Of a stretch of DNA of 64,000 nt, positions 7,443 to 14,997 are shown in pieces. This DNA comes from a virus (Duplodnaviria > Heunggongvirae > Uroviricota > Caudoviricetes). The translations under genes were made by a program, and so were the position numbers. Location: IMG/VR virus record IMGVR_UViG_3300032205_000001, positions 108,218 to 172,217 of that record. One strand, 5' to 3'. Position 1 is the first letter of the stretch. Each line of letters starts with the position of its first letter. The notes under the pieces were generated by a model. The model did no database searches and was not told where the DNA came from. It was given only the letters and a program-made list of their open reading frames with translations.

Positions 7443-8660
7443 CTACTTCTTGTACTTGCCGATGCCGAAATGGTCAGCAAGTGTCTTCTTCACGTCTTCG
7501 AAGATCTCGTTCACGGAGCGGTTCATGTCGAGCGTAACGACGTTCGACATGTCGCCGAACAGCTTCTTGTACTCGACGTCGCAGGCATGCGCGTATTTGA
7601 CGGCACTTTCCTCTGCGCTCTGTGAGTATCCGATGTCCATGCCGGCGGCGTAGTAATTGGGAACGCCCTTGTCTTTCATGATGCGCTCGAACGCCAGCCG
7701 AACTGGTGCGATGCAGTGGAAGATCAGATCGGGCTTCCGCATGCCACTGTAGACGTAGTTCAGAAGCTGCGTGTCTACGCCGCGAACCTTGTCTCGTACG
7801 TACGAGGTGTAGATATAGCGATCTGTGACGACGATGTTGTTCTCCTGCAGAGCAGGAATCACATCGTTTTCGTAGCGAGTGATCATGTCAGCCGCGTGCA
7901 GGATGCTGAACATGACCGGCGTCAGAAGTTTTTTCTTCTTGGCCTTCTTGATCGTCTTGCCGAGCAGCTTTGACGAATTCCACTTGGTGGTGGCGACGTC
8001 GTATCCGTGATCATCTAGCCAGTCGACGAGATGCTCCGTTTGAGTCGTCTTGCCCACGCCATCCACGCCCTCAAATACGATGAAGAGTCCTTTGTCGGTT
8101 TTCGTCTTGGCGTTGAGGATGTCGTTGACCTGGTCGTCGATGATATCTTCGACGAGGGCGCCTGGTGCCCGCATGATTGCTTCAACCGTCTTGTGGTGGG
8201 CGAAAGCGAAGCTCGCAGCATGGTGAATGCGGGCGTTGTCCTGGAAGGCCATGTGCGGCAACTTGCCAATGGAGCACCACTTCGCCTCGGCGGCGTCAGA
8301 TCCGGCCTTTGCTTCCGCGTTCGGCTTAACCTTGGCCCAGAACGTCACCCCTGATTTGTTGTGTCCGAATTCCGGGTATCCTGGATTCCACGGGGCAAGA
8401 AGGTGCAGCTCCTTTAGGTGAAGGCCGGTTTCTTCTTTGGCTTCCCTGCGAGCGCCATCTTCAACGGTCTCGTATTGCTCGACATGACCGCCGGGTAGAG
8501 CCCACCAGCCCTTGAACGGGGCGCCGCCACGTTTGGTGATCAATACTTCGATGCCGTTCTGAGGGTCTTCGCGGAAGATGGCCACGCAAGCAAGGACGCC
8601 AGTATCATTGGACGTCATCTCGCGAAGCTCGTCGCAAACCCGTCTCAACGACGTAAGCAT
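7443..8660 (-). CDS. tmk: Nudix hydrolase - thymidylate kinase fusion
   Basis: Nudix box GGHVEQYETVEDGARREAKEETGL; P-loop EGVDGVGKTTQ; DRY motif. Confidence 0.9.
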   Translation of the reverse strand: MLTSLRRVCDELREMTSNDTGVLACVAIFREDPQNGIEVLITKRGGAPFKGWWALPGGHVEQYETVEDGARREAKEETGLHLKELHLLAPWNPGYPEFGHNKSGVTFWAKVKPNAEAKAGSDAAEAKWCSIGKLPHMAFQDNARIHHAASFAFAHHKTVEAIMRAPGALVEDIIDDQVNDILNAKTKTDKGLFIVFEGVDGVGKTTQTEHLVDWLDDHGYDVATTKWNSSKLLGKTIKKAKKKKLLTPVMFSILHAADMITRYENDVIPALQENNIVVTDRYIYTSYVRDKVRGVDTQLLNYVYSGMRKPDLIFHCIAPVRLAFERIMKDKGVPNYYAAGMDIGYSQSAEESAVKYAHACDVEYKKLFGDMSNVVTLDMNRSVNEIFEDVKKTLADHFGIGKYKK

Positions 8661-8662
8661 GA

Positions 8663-8872
8663 TCAGTCCGAGTAGCCCTTAACGCCACGGCGCGGGATGT
8701 TCACATCGTCAGGGGCTTTGGTCTTCAGCTGCTTCTTGCCTTGCTGACGGAGGTAGCGGGTAGCTCCGCGTTTGGCTTCCTTGCTGGCACCGGGGCTGCG
8801 CTGAAACGCAGCACGCAAGGAGCCGCGCATCAAAGCCTCGGTGCGAATGTCTTCGATCAGCTGCTTGAACAT
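8663..8872 (-). CDS. hypothetical protein
   Basis: 69-aa ORF, tightly packed. Confidence 0.6.
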   Translation of the reverse strand: MFKQLIEDIRTEALMRGSLRAAFQRSPGASKEAKRGATRYLRQQGKKQLKTKAPDDVNIPRRGVKGYSD

Positions 8873-9126
8873 TAGCGTCGACCTCTCTCATACCAGTCGC
8901 TGCACATTTCATCGAGCGGCCAGCTGGGAAGTTTATGGCTGCCGCCATTCCAGCGAGCGTAGTGAGGAGACCCGCAGGAATGCTCCTTTACGTTCACGAA
9001 ACGGCAGTTGGCGCAGGAAGATCCACCTTTTGGAACCCTCAGCAACGCCTTATGGTCGGACGGGAATGTCTCCGCGTTAGTCTCGCTAAGCACGCGACGA
9101 GATTCGTGGATGATCCATCCGAACAC
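8872..9126 (-). CDS. hypothetical protein (Cys-rich)
   Basis: 84 aa; CANC...C...C. Confidence 0.6.
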   Translation of the reverse strand: MFGWIIHESRRVLSETNAETFPSDHKALLRVPKGGSSCANCRFVNVKEHSCGSPHYARWNGGSHKLPSWPLDEMCSDWYERGRR

Positions 9127-9182
9127 CTCGCTACACTATTCCAACAGATCCGTGCTGTCAAACCTCAGCAAACACACGGTTT

Positions 9183-9260
9183 TGGTACCGACGAGGGGAT
9201 TCGAACCCCTACTGCTCAGATCCTAAGTCTGACGCCTCCTACCAGTTGGGCTACGTCGGC
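9183..9260 (-). tRNA. tRNA-Leu(UAG), short variable loop
   Basis: Loop CTTAGGA, CCA. Confidence 0.85.
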
Positions 9261-9268
9261 AAAATCTT

Positions 9269-9345
9269 TGGTACCCCCGGCCGGAGTCGAACCGGCACTG
9301 GACCAGGCTTAAACTGGATGTCTCCTACCGTTGGACTACGAGGGC
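9269..9345 (-). tRNA. tRNA-Leu(UAA), short variable loop
   Basis: Loop TTTAAGC, CCA. Confidence 0.85.
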
Positions 9346-9530
9346 AAACACAACTCTAGCGGGACCTTTTGCACGATAATGGTGTTGCCGCACCGAAAGA
9401 AGTAGGTTCTTCCATCGTGGGAATCGGCGTCTGCAAGCGCTTGCGCGGCTGCCGAAGATGGCCCCAGGATTCTGGCCGTTGCCTCTAACACGTCCCTTGA
9501 GACCTTCGTCAGCTTCTTGCGTACTGCCAT
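9336..9530 (-). CDS. hypothetical protein
   Basis: 64-aa ORF; stop lies in the tRNA 5' end. Confidence 0.45.
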   Translation of the reverse strand: MAVRKKLTKVSRDVLEATARILGPSSAAAQALADADSHDGRTYFFRCGNTIIVQKVPLELCLPS

Positions 9531-9800
9531 TTAGTTCACCGGAGCTGTGTTGAACCCCATCTGGATGAGCGCGTTGCGCAGGTTGCGGAAGTTGGGGTTC
9601 GCACTGTTGACGGTTGATGCCGCCAACTCGATGTATCCAACCAGGGATTCATTGTCGAGTTCGTCGATGCGGGCTCCGGTGAAGAGAACGGCATCATGGA
9701 GCAGGCTGTAGCAATGACGCTTTTGGTCGTCACGCTTGCACTGACGCTGAAGGTCAGCCATCTGAGCCTGCATCCGCTTGACCTTATCTTGAATCGACAT
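9531..9800 (-). CDS. hypothetical protein
   Basis: 89-aa ORF. Confidence 0.6.
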   Translation of the reverse strand: MSIQDKVKRMQAQMADLQRQCKRDDQKRHCYSLLHDAVLFTGARIDELDNESLVGYIELAASTVNSANPNFRNLRNALIQMGFNTAPVN

Positions 9801-9802
9801 CT

Positions 9803-9878
9803 TGGTACCCCCGGCAGGGATTGAACCTGCGACATCCGGCTTGTAAAACCAGCGCTACTTCCACTGAGCTACAGGGGC
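9803..9878 (-). tRNA. tRNA-Val(UAC)
   Basis: Loop TTTACAA, CCA. Confidence 0.88.
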
Positions 9879-9911
9879 AAGGTCCGTCATTTTCATCAAG
9901 TGACCAACTTT

Positions 9912-10751
9912 TTAGATGGGCGCCCGCAGCACATCGCGGACATCGTAGCTGAGGCTGTTCCACCACTCCAGCTCCGCCTTGGTGAGCTTCTTGTAGTACC
10001 GCCACACACCGAAGACACGATGCTCGGTGGAGTAGGTGCGCCACCAACCATTGTCTCCGAGGGAGCGGAATCCCGGCGAGCTGTACTTCTCGACGAGAGC
10101 AGCCGGCGTGGTCTCGACACGGCGGTGGAGGTCGTGGGAGATGTGGCAGCGACCACGGATGGCCTTGCAGGTATCCCAACGATCGACGTCATCGTGGAGC
10201 GCCCAGGCGTGGGGCTTCCAGCCGCTGTCGATCACCTTCCGGTCACGAGCAAAGGCGAGAGCCTGCGCCAGGGACGGACCGCTGTATCCGCTCTGCCATA
10301 CACGACGGTAGCGCTTGCCACGGTCCTGCAGCAGTCCCTCATCGTCGATGAAGAAGCGCTGGCTGCGGTAGTGCGCCAGAGCATCGCTCGTCGTGCCAGC
10401 ACCCTCCACCTCGGTCAGCATGTGCTGATTGACGATGTGCCAGGCGCTGAGCTTGCGAGTATCGAACGTCCCCGCGAGCTTGCTGCGGACATCATCCCAG
10501 CGCTCGCCGCAGTGGCTAGCAAGCCAGCCGTAGCAGGGACCGAGATTGTCCGTGAAGCCCTTGTGGACCTTGTTGCGAGGCTCCGGGTCGGAATCCTCGG
10601 CGGCGTCGATGTCGAAACGCACGTTATCGAGCCAGACCTTGGTCCGGCTGCGCTCGTGACGGTGCGACTCGTTGCGCTCGTCTTTGTTGTGCTTATAGCG
10701 TCCGCCCTCGACGGCGGACCTCGAAATATCCTTGGTTGCCATGTACGTCAC
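9912..10751 (-). CDS. hypothetical phage protein (279 aa)
   Basis: Long ORF with SD-like GGAG upstream. Confidence 0.75.
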   Translation of the reverse strand: MTYMATKDISRSAVEGGRYKHNKDERNESHRHERSRTKVWLDNVRFDIDAAEDSDPEPRNKVHKGFTDNLGPCYGWLASHCGERWDDVRSKLAGTFDTRKLSAWHIVNQHMLTEVEGAGTTSDALAHYRSQRFFIDDEGLLQDRGKRYRRVWQSGYSGPSLAQALAFARDRKVIDSGWKPHAWALHDDVDRWDTCKAIRGRCHISHDLHRRVETTPAALVEKYSSPGFRSLGDNGWWRTYSTEHRVFGVWRYYKKLTKAELEWWNSLSYDVRDVLRAPI

Positions 10752-10850
10752 TCCTGGAAATGCACTGCAAGTTCGCTAACTTACATGTGATTTCAGTAGT
10801 GCCGCGCATTGGTGTTTCCTTGGACTTTCGGTTGGTTTCTACGAGAGAGG

Positions 10851-10894
10851 CTTGCTTACCGTTGCTCCCTTCCGGGCCTGGCGGGGTTCACAAG
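10851..10894 (-). ncRNA. SRP RNA domain IV (helix 8) hairpin
   Basis: CTTGTGAACCCCGCCAGG-CCC-GGAA-GGG-AGCAACGGTAAGCAAG: CAGG/AGCA symmetric loop and GGAA tetraloop. Confidence 0.8.
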
Positions 10895-10902
10895 TTGAAT
10901 GC

Positions 10903-10931
10903 ACCCTAATGGACGAGCGGCGCATTGTCAA
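10903..10931 (-). promoter_or_regulatory. sigma70-type promoter upstream of the SRP-like hairpin
   Basis: TTGACA-17 bp-TAGGGT. Confidence 0.55.
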
Positions 10932-10938
10932 GAATTAG

Positions 10939-11067
10939 TCTGGCAGTGAAGAGTCGAACTTCTGTTTGATAACCGTTTCCGGTCGGTTCGCGAACGAACA
11001 AAGAAGTGGTCACGGAGCGCTACAGGCTTGCGCCTGCACCCTAGGGCCCTCCTAGGGAAGCTGCCAG
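10939..11067 (-). ncRNA. tRNA-like/Y-like hybrid RNA 1
   Basis: CTGGCAG/CTGCCAG ends, T-loop TTCGACT, two hairpins in place of the D arm, module TTGTTCG-TTCG-CGAACCGA...ACGGTTATC. Confidence 0.75.
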
Positions 11068-11069
11068 AT

Positions 11070-11202
11070 TGGTCGACAGGGTCGGGAATTGAACCCAACT
11101 ACCACCAGTCCCTTGGTAACCATAAATCTACGGTTCACCGAAGCGAACAAAGAGCGATCCACGGCGTTTTTTACTGGTGCTCTACCGTTGAGCTACCTGT
11201 CG
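11070..11202 (-). ncRNA. tRNA/Y-like hybrid RNA 2
   Basis: Full tRNA body with CCA; module TTGTTCGC-TTCG-GTGAACCG...ATGGTTACC inserted in the anticodon arm. Confidence 0.8.
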
Positions 11203-11203
11203 G

Positions 11204-11274
11204 TCCCCCACGGAAGAGTCGAACTTCCGTCCTTCGCTTATCAAGCAACCGCTCTGCCATTGAGCTAGTGGGGG
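11204..11274 (-). tRNA. tRNA-Ile(GAU)
   Basis: Loop TTGATAA. Confidence 0.82.
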
Positions 11275-11330
11275 TTGTTACAGATCTTTGTGCGTTTGTT
11301 CCAGATCCAGATCGGGGATAGCCTTTGATC

Positions 11331-11489
11331 ATGCTGATCGCAATCTGGCCACTCGTCATCGCCGTCATTGGCGCCCTTGTGTACGCGCTTGCGAGTAACT
11401 CGAAAGCGGCTGAACTTGGCCGCCTCGTGTTCTTCTGCGGGTTCTTCTGGCTGGTGTACAGCCTCGTTGGACACACGCTGAAGATGTGA
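11331..11489 (+). CDS. small two-TM membrane protein (52 aa)
   Basis: Manual translation MLIAIWPLVIAVIGALVYALAS...FFCGFFWLVYSLVGHTLKM; sits exactly between two tRNA-Ile genes. Confidence 0.65.
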   Translation: MLIAIWPLVIAVIGALVYALASNSKAAELGRLVFFCGFFWLVYSLVGHTLKM

Positions 11490-11492
11490 TCG

Positions 11493-11565
11493 TAGGACTG
11501 GCTGGATTTGAACCAGCTACCCCGCGCTTATCAAGCACGTGCTCTACCAAGTGAGCTACAGTCCC
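11493..11565 (-). tRNA. tRNA-Ile(GAU)
   Basis: Loop TTGATAA. Confidence 0.9.
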
Positions 11566-11575
11566 AAACTGAAAG

Positions 11576-11659
11576 TGCCGGTGACAGGGGTCGAACCTGC
11601 CTGGCCTTGCGGCCACTGCGCCCTGAACGCAGCGTGTCTACCAAATCCACCACACCGGC
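11576..11659 (-). tRNA. tRNA-Leu(CAG)
   Basis: Loop TTCAGGG, variable arm. Confidence 0.9.
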
Positions 11660-11663
11660 AAAA

Positions 11664-12069
11664 GGGAAGTCCGTGAGTGTGCTGCTACGCCAAATGCTCT
11701 AAGGGCTGTTTCGGCCGTCGGGGCTCTCGCACTTCTGCGTTCGCACTGCTTCCCCTCAGACCCGCATTTCCTCTCGTACTGCGCGGGCAAAGCCGATCCG
11801 TGCTACCTGACTGTTTGGTCACGAGCGCCGAAGCTGTTGGAGGAAACTTACCCGTTTGACCGGGGTTAGAAATGCCAACGTGCTGCAACGCCGTCTAGTC
11901 TTCGCGTCCCTGTGGTTATACTCCGGTCGAGCAGTCTATCCCTCGGTCGTACTATTGACCTTTGTTGGGGACCGGAAAAGCTTGATTTCGCCTGCGCCGG
12001 GCTACTTTCTACCACTCGCAACTCTTCAAAGGATTGCTGCTTCTAAGCCAACCTCCTCATCGTCCTTCC
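11664..12069 (-). ncRNA. ~405-nt structured RNA containing 23S rRNA H43 and sarcin-ricin loop sequences
   Basis: GGAGGTTGGCTTAGAAGCAGCAATCCTTTGAAGAG at 12022-12056; CCCGC-GC-AGTACGAGAGGAA-AT-GCGGG at 11761-11787; ends pair GGAAG/CTTCC; bounded by two tRNAs. Confidence 0.75.
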
Positions 12070-12070
12070 G

Positions 12071-12144
12071 TCGGGGTGGTGAGACTCGAACTCACGAATT
12101 CCCTGGTCCCAAACCAGGTGTCCTGGCCGCTAGACTACACCCCG
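12071..12144 (-). tRNA. tRNA-Pro(UGG)
   Basis: C1-G72, loop TTTGGGA. Confidence 0.88.
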
Positions 12145-12150
12145 TAAACA

Positions 12151-12525
12151 CTAACCGAACCTGTTGCTGCCGAACGGCGCTATCATGCATCGTACGCCAG
12201 CATCGTCAAGAATTCCTGCCATCCTTCGACGACCAGCATCGTTAAATGAGTGCAGGACAACGAACTTTGGCCGCATCTCTTCCGGCAAGGTGGCGATGAA
12301 TTCAGCCACGTGTGTGCCGGTCTTCTCGTCGGATGCTGGACGACCAGCCGCAGCTAGCTCGGACAGGTCGTGGTCAAGGTACGCGAGATCGAACTTGGTC
12401 TTGGCAAGAGCCGCGCAAGCATCTGCGTAGTTCATGACCGCTGTGATGTCCATGCCGATGCGATCCATCTTGAACTTCTTGTGGCGCTCAGCGTCGTCGT
12501 CTAGGAAGAAAATTTTCTGGTTCAT
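12151..12525 (-). CDS. cyclic-phosphate processing receiver (cREC)-like domain protein
   Basis: FLDDD...YLDHDL...TG...LHSFN..GRRRM signature. Confidence 0.8.
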   Translation of the reverse strand: MNQKIFFLDDDAERHKKFKMDRIGMDITAVMNYADACAALAKTKFDLAYLDHDLSELAAAGRPASDEKTGTHVAEFIATLPEEMRPKFVVLHSFNDAGRRRMAGILDDAGVRCMIAPFGSNRFG

Positions 12526-12533
12526 ATGATCTT

Positions 12534-12668
12534 TGGTTGGACAGGTCGGGCTCGAACCGACAACACTCCGCGTTCTAGGCGATAACCATTCCTCGGTCGG
12601 TTCACTTGCGTGAACAAGGAATTGAAAAACGGCGTTTTAGAGGCCTCTACCAATTGGGCTACTGTCCA
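12534..12668 (-). ncRNA. tRNA/Y-like hybrid RNA 3
   Basis: TGGACAG/CTGTCCA-A-CCA; module TTGTTCAC-GCAA-GTGAACCG...ATGGTTATC in the 5' strand of the anticodon stem; residual loop CTAGAAC. Confidence 0.8.
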
Positions 12669-12678
12669 AAAAGTTTCG

Positions 12679-12808
12679 TTGCGCAACCAGGACTCGAACC
12701 TGGAACATCCCGCTTAATAGGCGATAACCATCTCTCGATCGGTTCGGTTGCCCGAACAATGTGGTGAAAAACGGTGTTTTAGGCGCTCTACCCTTGAGCT
12801 ATTGCGCA
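12679..12808 (-). ncRNA. tRNA/Y-like hybrid RNA 4
   Basis: TGCGCAA/TTGCGCA; module TTGTTCGG-GCAA-CCGAACCG...ATGGTTATC; residual loop CTATTAA. Confidence 0.8.
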
Positions 12809-12819
12809 GTAACAGATCG

Positions 12820-12946
12820 AGCGGCGAGGAGGAATTGGACCTCCACTTTCTCCTTGCATGGGATAACCATCCTCAGGCGGTTCGGTTGCCCGAACAAGAT
12901 GGCGAAGACGGAGATTTTAGACGTGCTACCGTTACACTATCGCCGC
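12820..12946 (-). ncRNA. tRNA/Y-like hybrid RNA 5
   Basis: GCGGCGA/TCGCCGC; module TTGTTCGG-GCAA-CCGAACCG...ATGGTTATC; residual loop CATGCAA. Confidence 0.8.
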
Positions 12947-12948
12947 AG

Positions 12949-13021
12949 TGGGAGCGGAGGGATTTGAGCCCTAACACCGAACGGCTTATGAGACCGTCGT
13001 CCTGACCCGCAGGTCGCTCCC
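12949..13021 (-). tRNA. tRNA(CAU), elongator Met or Ile2
   Basis: Loop CTCATAA; reduced D arm; T-loop CTCAAAT. Confidence 0.7.
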
Positions 13022-13022
13022 G

Positions 13023-13217
13023 TTATACAAGGCCGTGCTTTTCAGCCAGCCACAGTGGAATCACTAGGGTGCCCTCCGTGTCTTCCTTGTAGACCTCGGA
13101 GTCGTCGTCGATCTGAGACTTAGGAAGCCAGACCTCCTCGCCTTCGATCTCCACGAGGAGGGCCTTCTCGGTCTCACGAAGTGCCTTTGCGTTCTGGATT
13201 TGGACTGTTTCCGCCAT
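13023..13217 (-). CDS. small acidic hypothetical protein
   Basis: 64 aa, ETEKALLV...WLPKSQI; SD-like sequence upstream. Confidence 0.7.
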   Translation of the reverse strand: MAETVQIQNAKALRETEKALLVEIEGEEVWLPKSQIDDDSEVYKEDTEGTLVIPLWLAEKHGLV

Positions 13218-13303
13218 CCGAGGAACCCTCGATACTTGGACGGGAAACCATTGTCAAGAACCGTCGGTTGCTGGATCTACCGAACTTGTAGTATTCATGG
13301 GAC

Positions 13304-13852
13304 ATGTTCAGGCCACTGATCGACGCTTTCCGTGCCGAGCTTCAGGAAGACGAGACGTCCACCGATCGCCCAGAGCCAGAAGGCGAAAAGAAGGCTGCTC
13401 CAGATGCTGAAGCCTCGCCGAAGCGGAGCAAGCACGACCGCGCCTCCGATCGGATGGGCTTCATCCTGAGCACTCCGCTTGCGAACATGTCCCGCAAGAA
13501 GATGATGAAGATGATCCCGCATCTGATGCATCACTTCACGAAGGGTCACGGCAAGCCAGGCGAAGATGGCAGCGTTGACCGGGATGACCTGTCCACGCTG
13601 AGTCGTCATGCGAAGCACATCTCCGACCAGGCCAACGGCATTCGTCGTATGCCTGGAGCGGCTCACCACCTCGCTGGTCACCTCACGCGGCACGTTGCTG
13701 ACTGCCACGATCGTATGGCCAAGACGATGAAGATGGCCGACATGCCAGAAGAGGCCGACCTTCACGCGAACGAGGGTGGCAAGTTCCGTGCGCTATCGAA
13801 GCACCACAAGATGACCGCTCGCCGTCACGGCATCTACGACGAGAGCTACTAG
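13304..13852 (+). CDS. His-rich hypothetical protein
   Basis: 182-aa ORF antisense to the array. Confidence 0.65.
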   Translation: MFRPLIDAFRAELQEDETSTDRPEPEGEKKAAPDAEASPKRSKHDRASDRMGFILSTPLANMSRKKMMKMIPHLMHHFTKGHGKPGEDGSVDRDDLSTLSRHAKHISDQANGIRRMPGAAHHLAGHLTRHVADCHDRMAKTMKMADMPEEADLHANEGGKFRALSKHHKMTARRHGIYDESY

Positions 13853-14088
13853 AAACGATCCCAGGGCGGCATGTGCGGCGAACGCTGCACGTGATCCCTC
13901 CAGCCAGTGGCGCCAGGCACGAACGAACCAAGGTACGGCTGCCAGTGTGGCTTGACTCGATGAACCTCATCGCGAGCGTTCTCGAAGTCTAGCTTGCCGT
14001 CTACGTAGTCGACGTAGAGGAAGATCGTGTCCTTGACCTCTCCGCAGCCCTGGTAAACGTTCAGCAGTGTCAGCTTCCTCGTGCGCAT
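13849..14088 (-). CDS. hypothetical protein
   Basis: ORF from ATG 14088 with SD AAAGGA. Confidence 0.55.
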   Translation of the reverse strand: MRTRKLTLLNVYQGCGEVKDTIFLYVDYVDGKLDFENARDEVHRVKPHWQPYLGSFVPGATGWRDHVQRSPHMPPWDRF

Positions 14089-14102
14089 GTCGTCCTTTCT
14101 AG

Positions 14103-14173
14103 TCCACCACGCTGGACTTGAACCAGCAACCAACCGCTTATAGGGCAGCCGCTCTACATTGAGCTAGTGGTGG
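14103..14173 (-). tRNA. tRNA-Ile(UAU)
   Basis: Loop CCTATAA. Confidence 0.75.
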
Positions 14174-14174
14174 A

Positions 14175-14244
14175 TGGCAGGCTGTGAGGGAATCGAACCC
14201 CCCTTCCCGGCTTTGGAGACCAGGACCGTCCCAGACGACAACCT
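14175..14244 (-). tRNA. tRNA-Trp(CCA), reduced D arm
   Basis: Loop CTCCAAA, G73, CCA. Confidence 0.75.
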
Positions 14245-14249
14245 AAGAG

Positions 14250-14321
14250 CGCATCTACGAGGACTTGAACCTCGGTTTCAGCTTTCGGAGAGCTGTGTCC
14301 TATCCACTGGACGATAGATGC
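14250..14321 (-). tRNA. tRNA-Arg(CCG)
   Basis: Loop CTCCGAA. Confidence 0.88.
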
Positions 14322-14322
14322 A

Positions 14323-14397
14323 TGGTACCCCTACCAGGACTCTAACCCGGATCTGCCGGTCCGTAGCCGACCGCTCTTTACATTGAGCTATAGGGGC
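14323..14397 (-). tRNA. tRNA-Arg(ACG)
   Basis: Loop CTACGGA, CCA; T-loop TTAGAGT. Confidence 0.8.
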
Positions 14398-14398
14398 A

Positions 14399-14474
14399 TG
14401 GTGACTCCAAGAGGACTCGAACCTCTAACTTCCTGTTCCGTAGACAGGCGCTCTATCCATTGAGCTATGGAGCC
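14399..14474 (-). tRNA. tRNA-Arg(ACG)
   Basis: Loop CTACGGA, CCA. Confidence 0.9.
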
Positions 14475-14489
14475 AAGAAACGATCGGCT

Positions 14490-14744
14490 CTACGGTGAAC
14501 CGGAGCCGAGATGCTTAATGTACGCTGCCAGCCGGGCGACGACTTCATCAGCTTGGGGGTAGCTGATGTCGCGTAGGACTTGCTCGATGGTGGACAGAAT
14601 TTTGGTGTCTGGCCAGCCGCATCCACGAGCATCCTTGTAGAACGAGACCCAACAAGGGATCAAATCGTTCCGCCGGAGAAACTCGAAGACGATCTCAAGC
14701 GGTATCCCGCGAGAATTGTATGCGGCGAACACGTTGCCCACCAC
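14490..14744 (-). CDS. hypothetical protein
   Basis: 84-aa ORF; F..Y...G.PL motif loosely like an AlaRS segment. Confidence 0.55.
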   Translation of the reverse strand: MVGNVFAAYNSRGIPLEIVFEFLRRNDLIPCWVSFYKDARGCGWPDTKILSTIEQVLRDISYPQADEVVARLAAYIKHLGSGSP

Positions 14745-14919
14745 GTACCTTCCGTCTCTGGTCTCTCCTATGTAGAAAAGCTTTCGGCGTCCCGCGACAT
14801 TTCGTACCTCCGTTGTGAATGAGTTAAGTACGCGTTGCCCGACTTACGCGGCAGGGTAGCCACCGCGCACCATACCTGGCTGCACCATTAAGATTATCTT
14901 GAGTGGAACACGTACCTAG

Positions 14920-14993
14920 AGCCCGCACCCAGAGTCGAACTGGGCCATCCTGCTTACCAAGCAGGCGTGCCGAACCGCGATCACTTTACGGGC
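14920..14993 (-). tRNA. tRNA-Thr(GGU)
   Basis: Loop TTGGTAA; unusual D arm. Confidence 0.75.
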
Positions 14994-14997
14994 ATGC

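Noticed and set aside
10822-10830. CGAAAGTCC (also at 16818-16826) resembling RNase P RNA P4
   Set aside because: No GAGGAAAGTCC context or 3' P4 partner found
11664-12069. Calling the rRNA-like region an rRNA gene or contamination
   Set aside because: Only two short motifs match, they are far apart in real 23S, and they are embedded seamlessly between phage tRNAs
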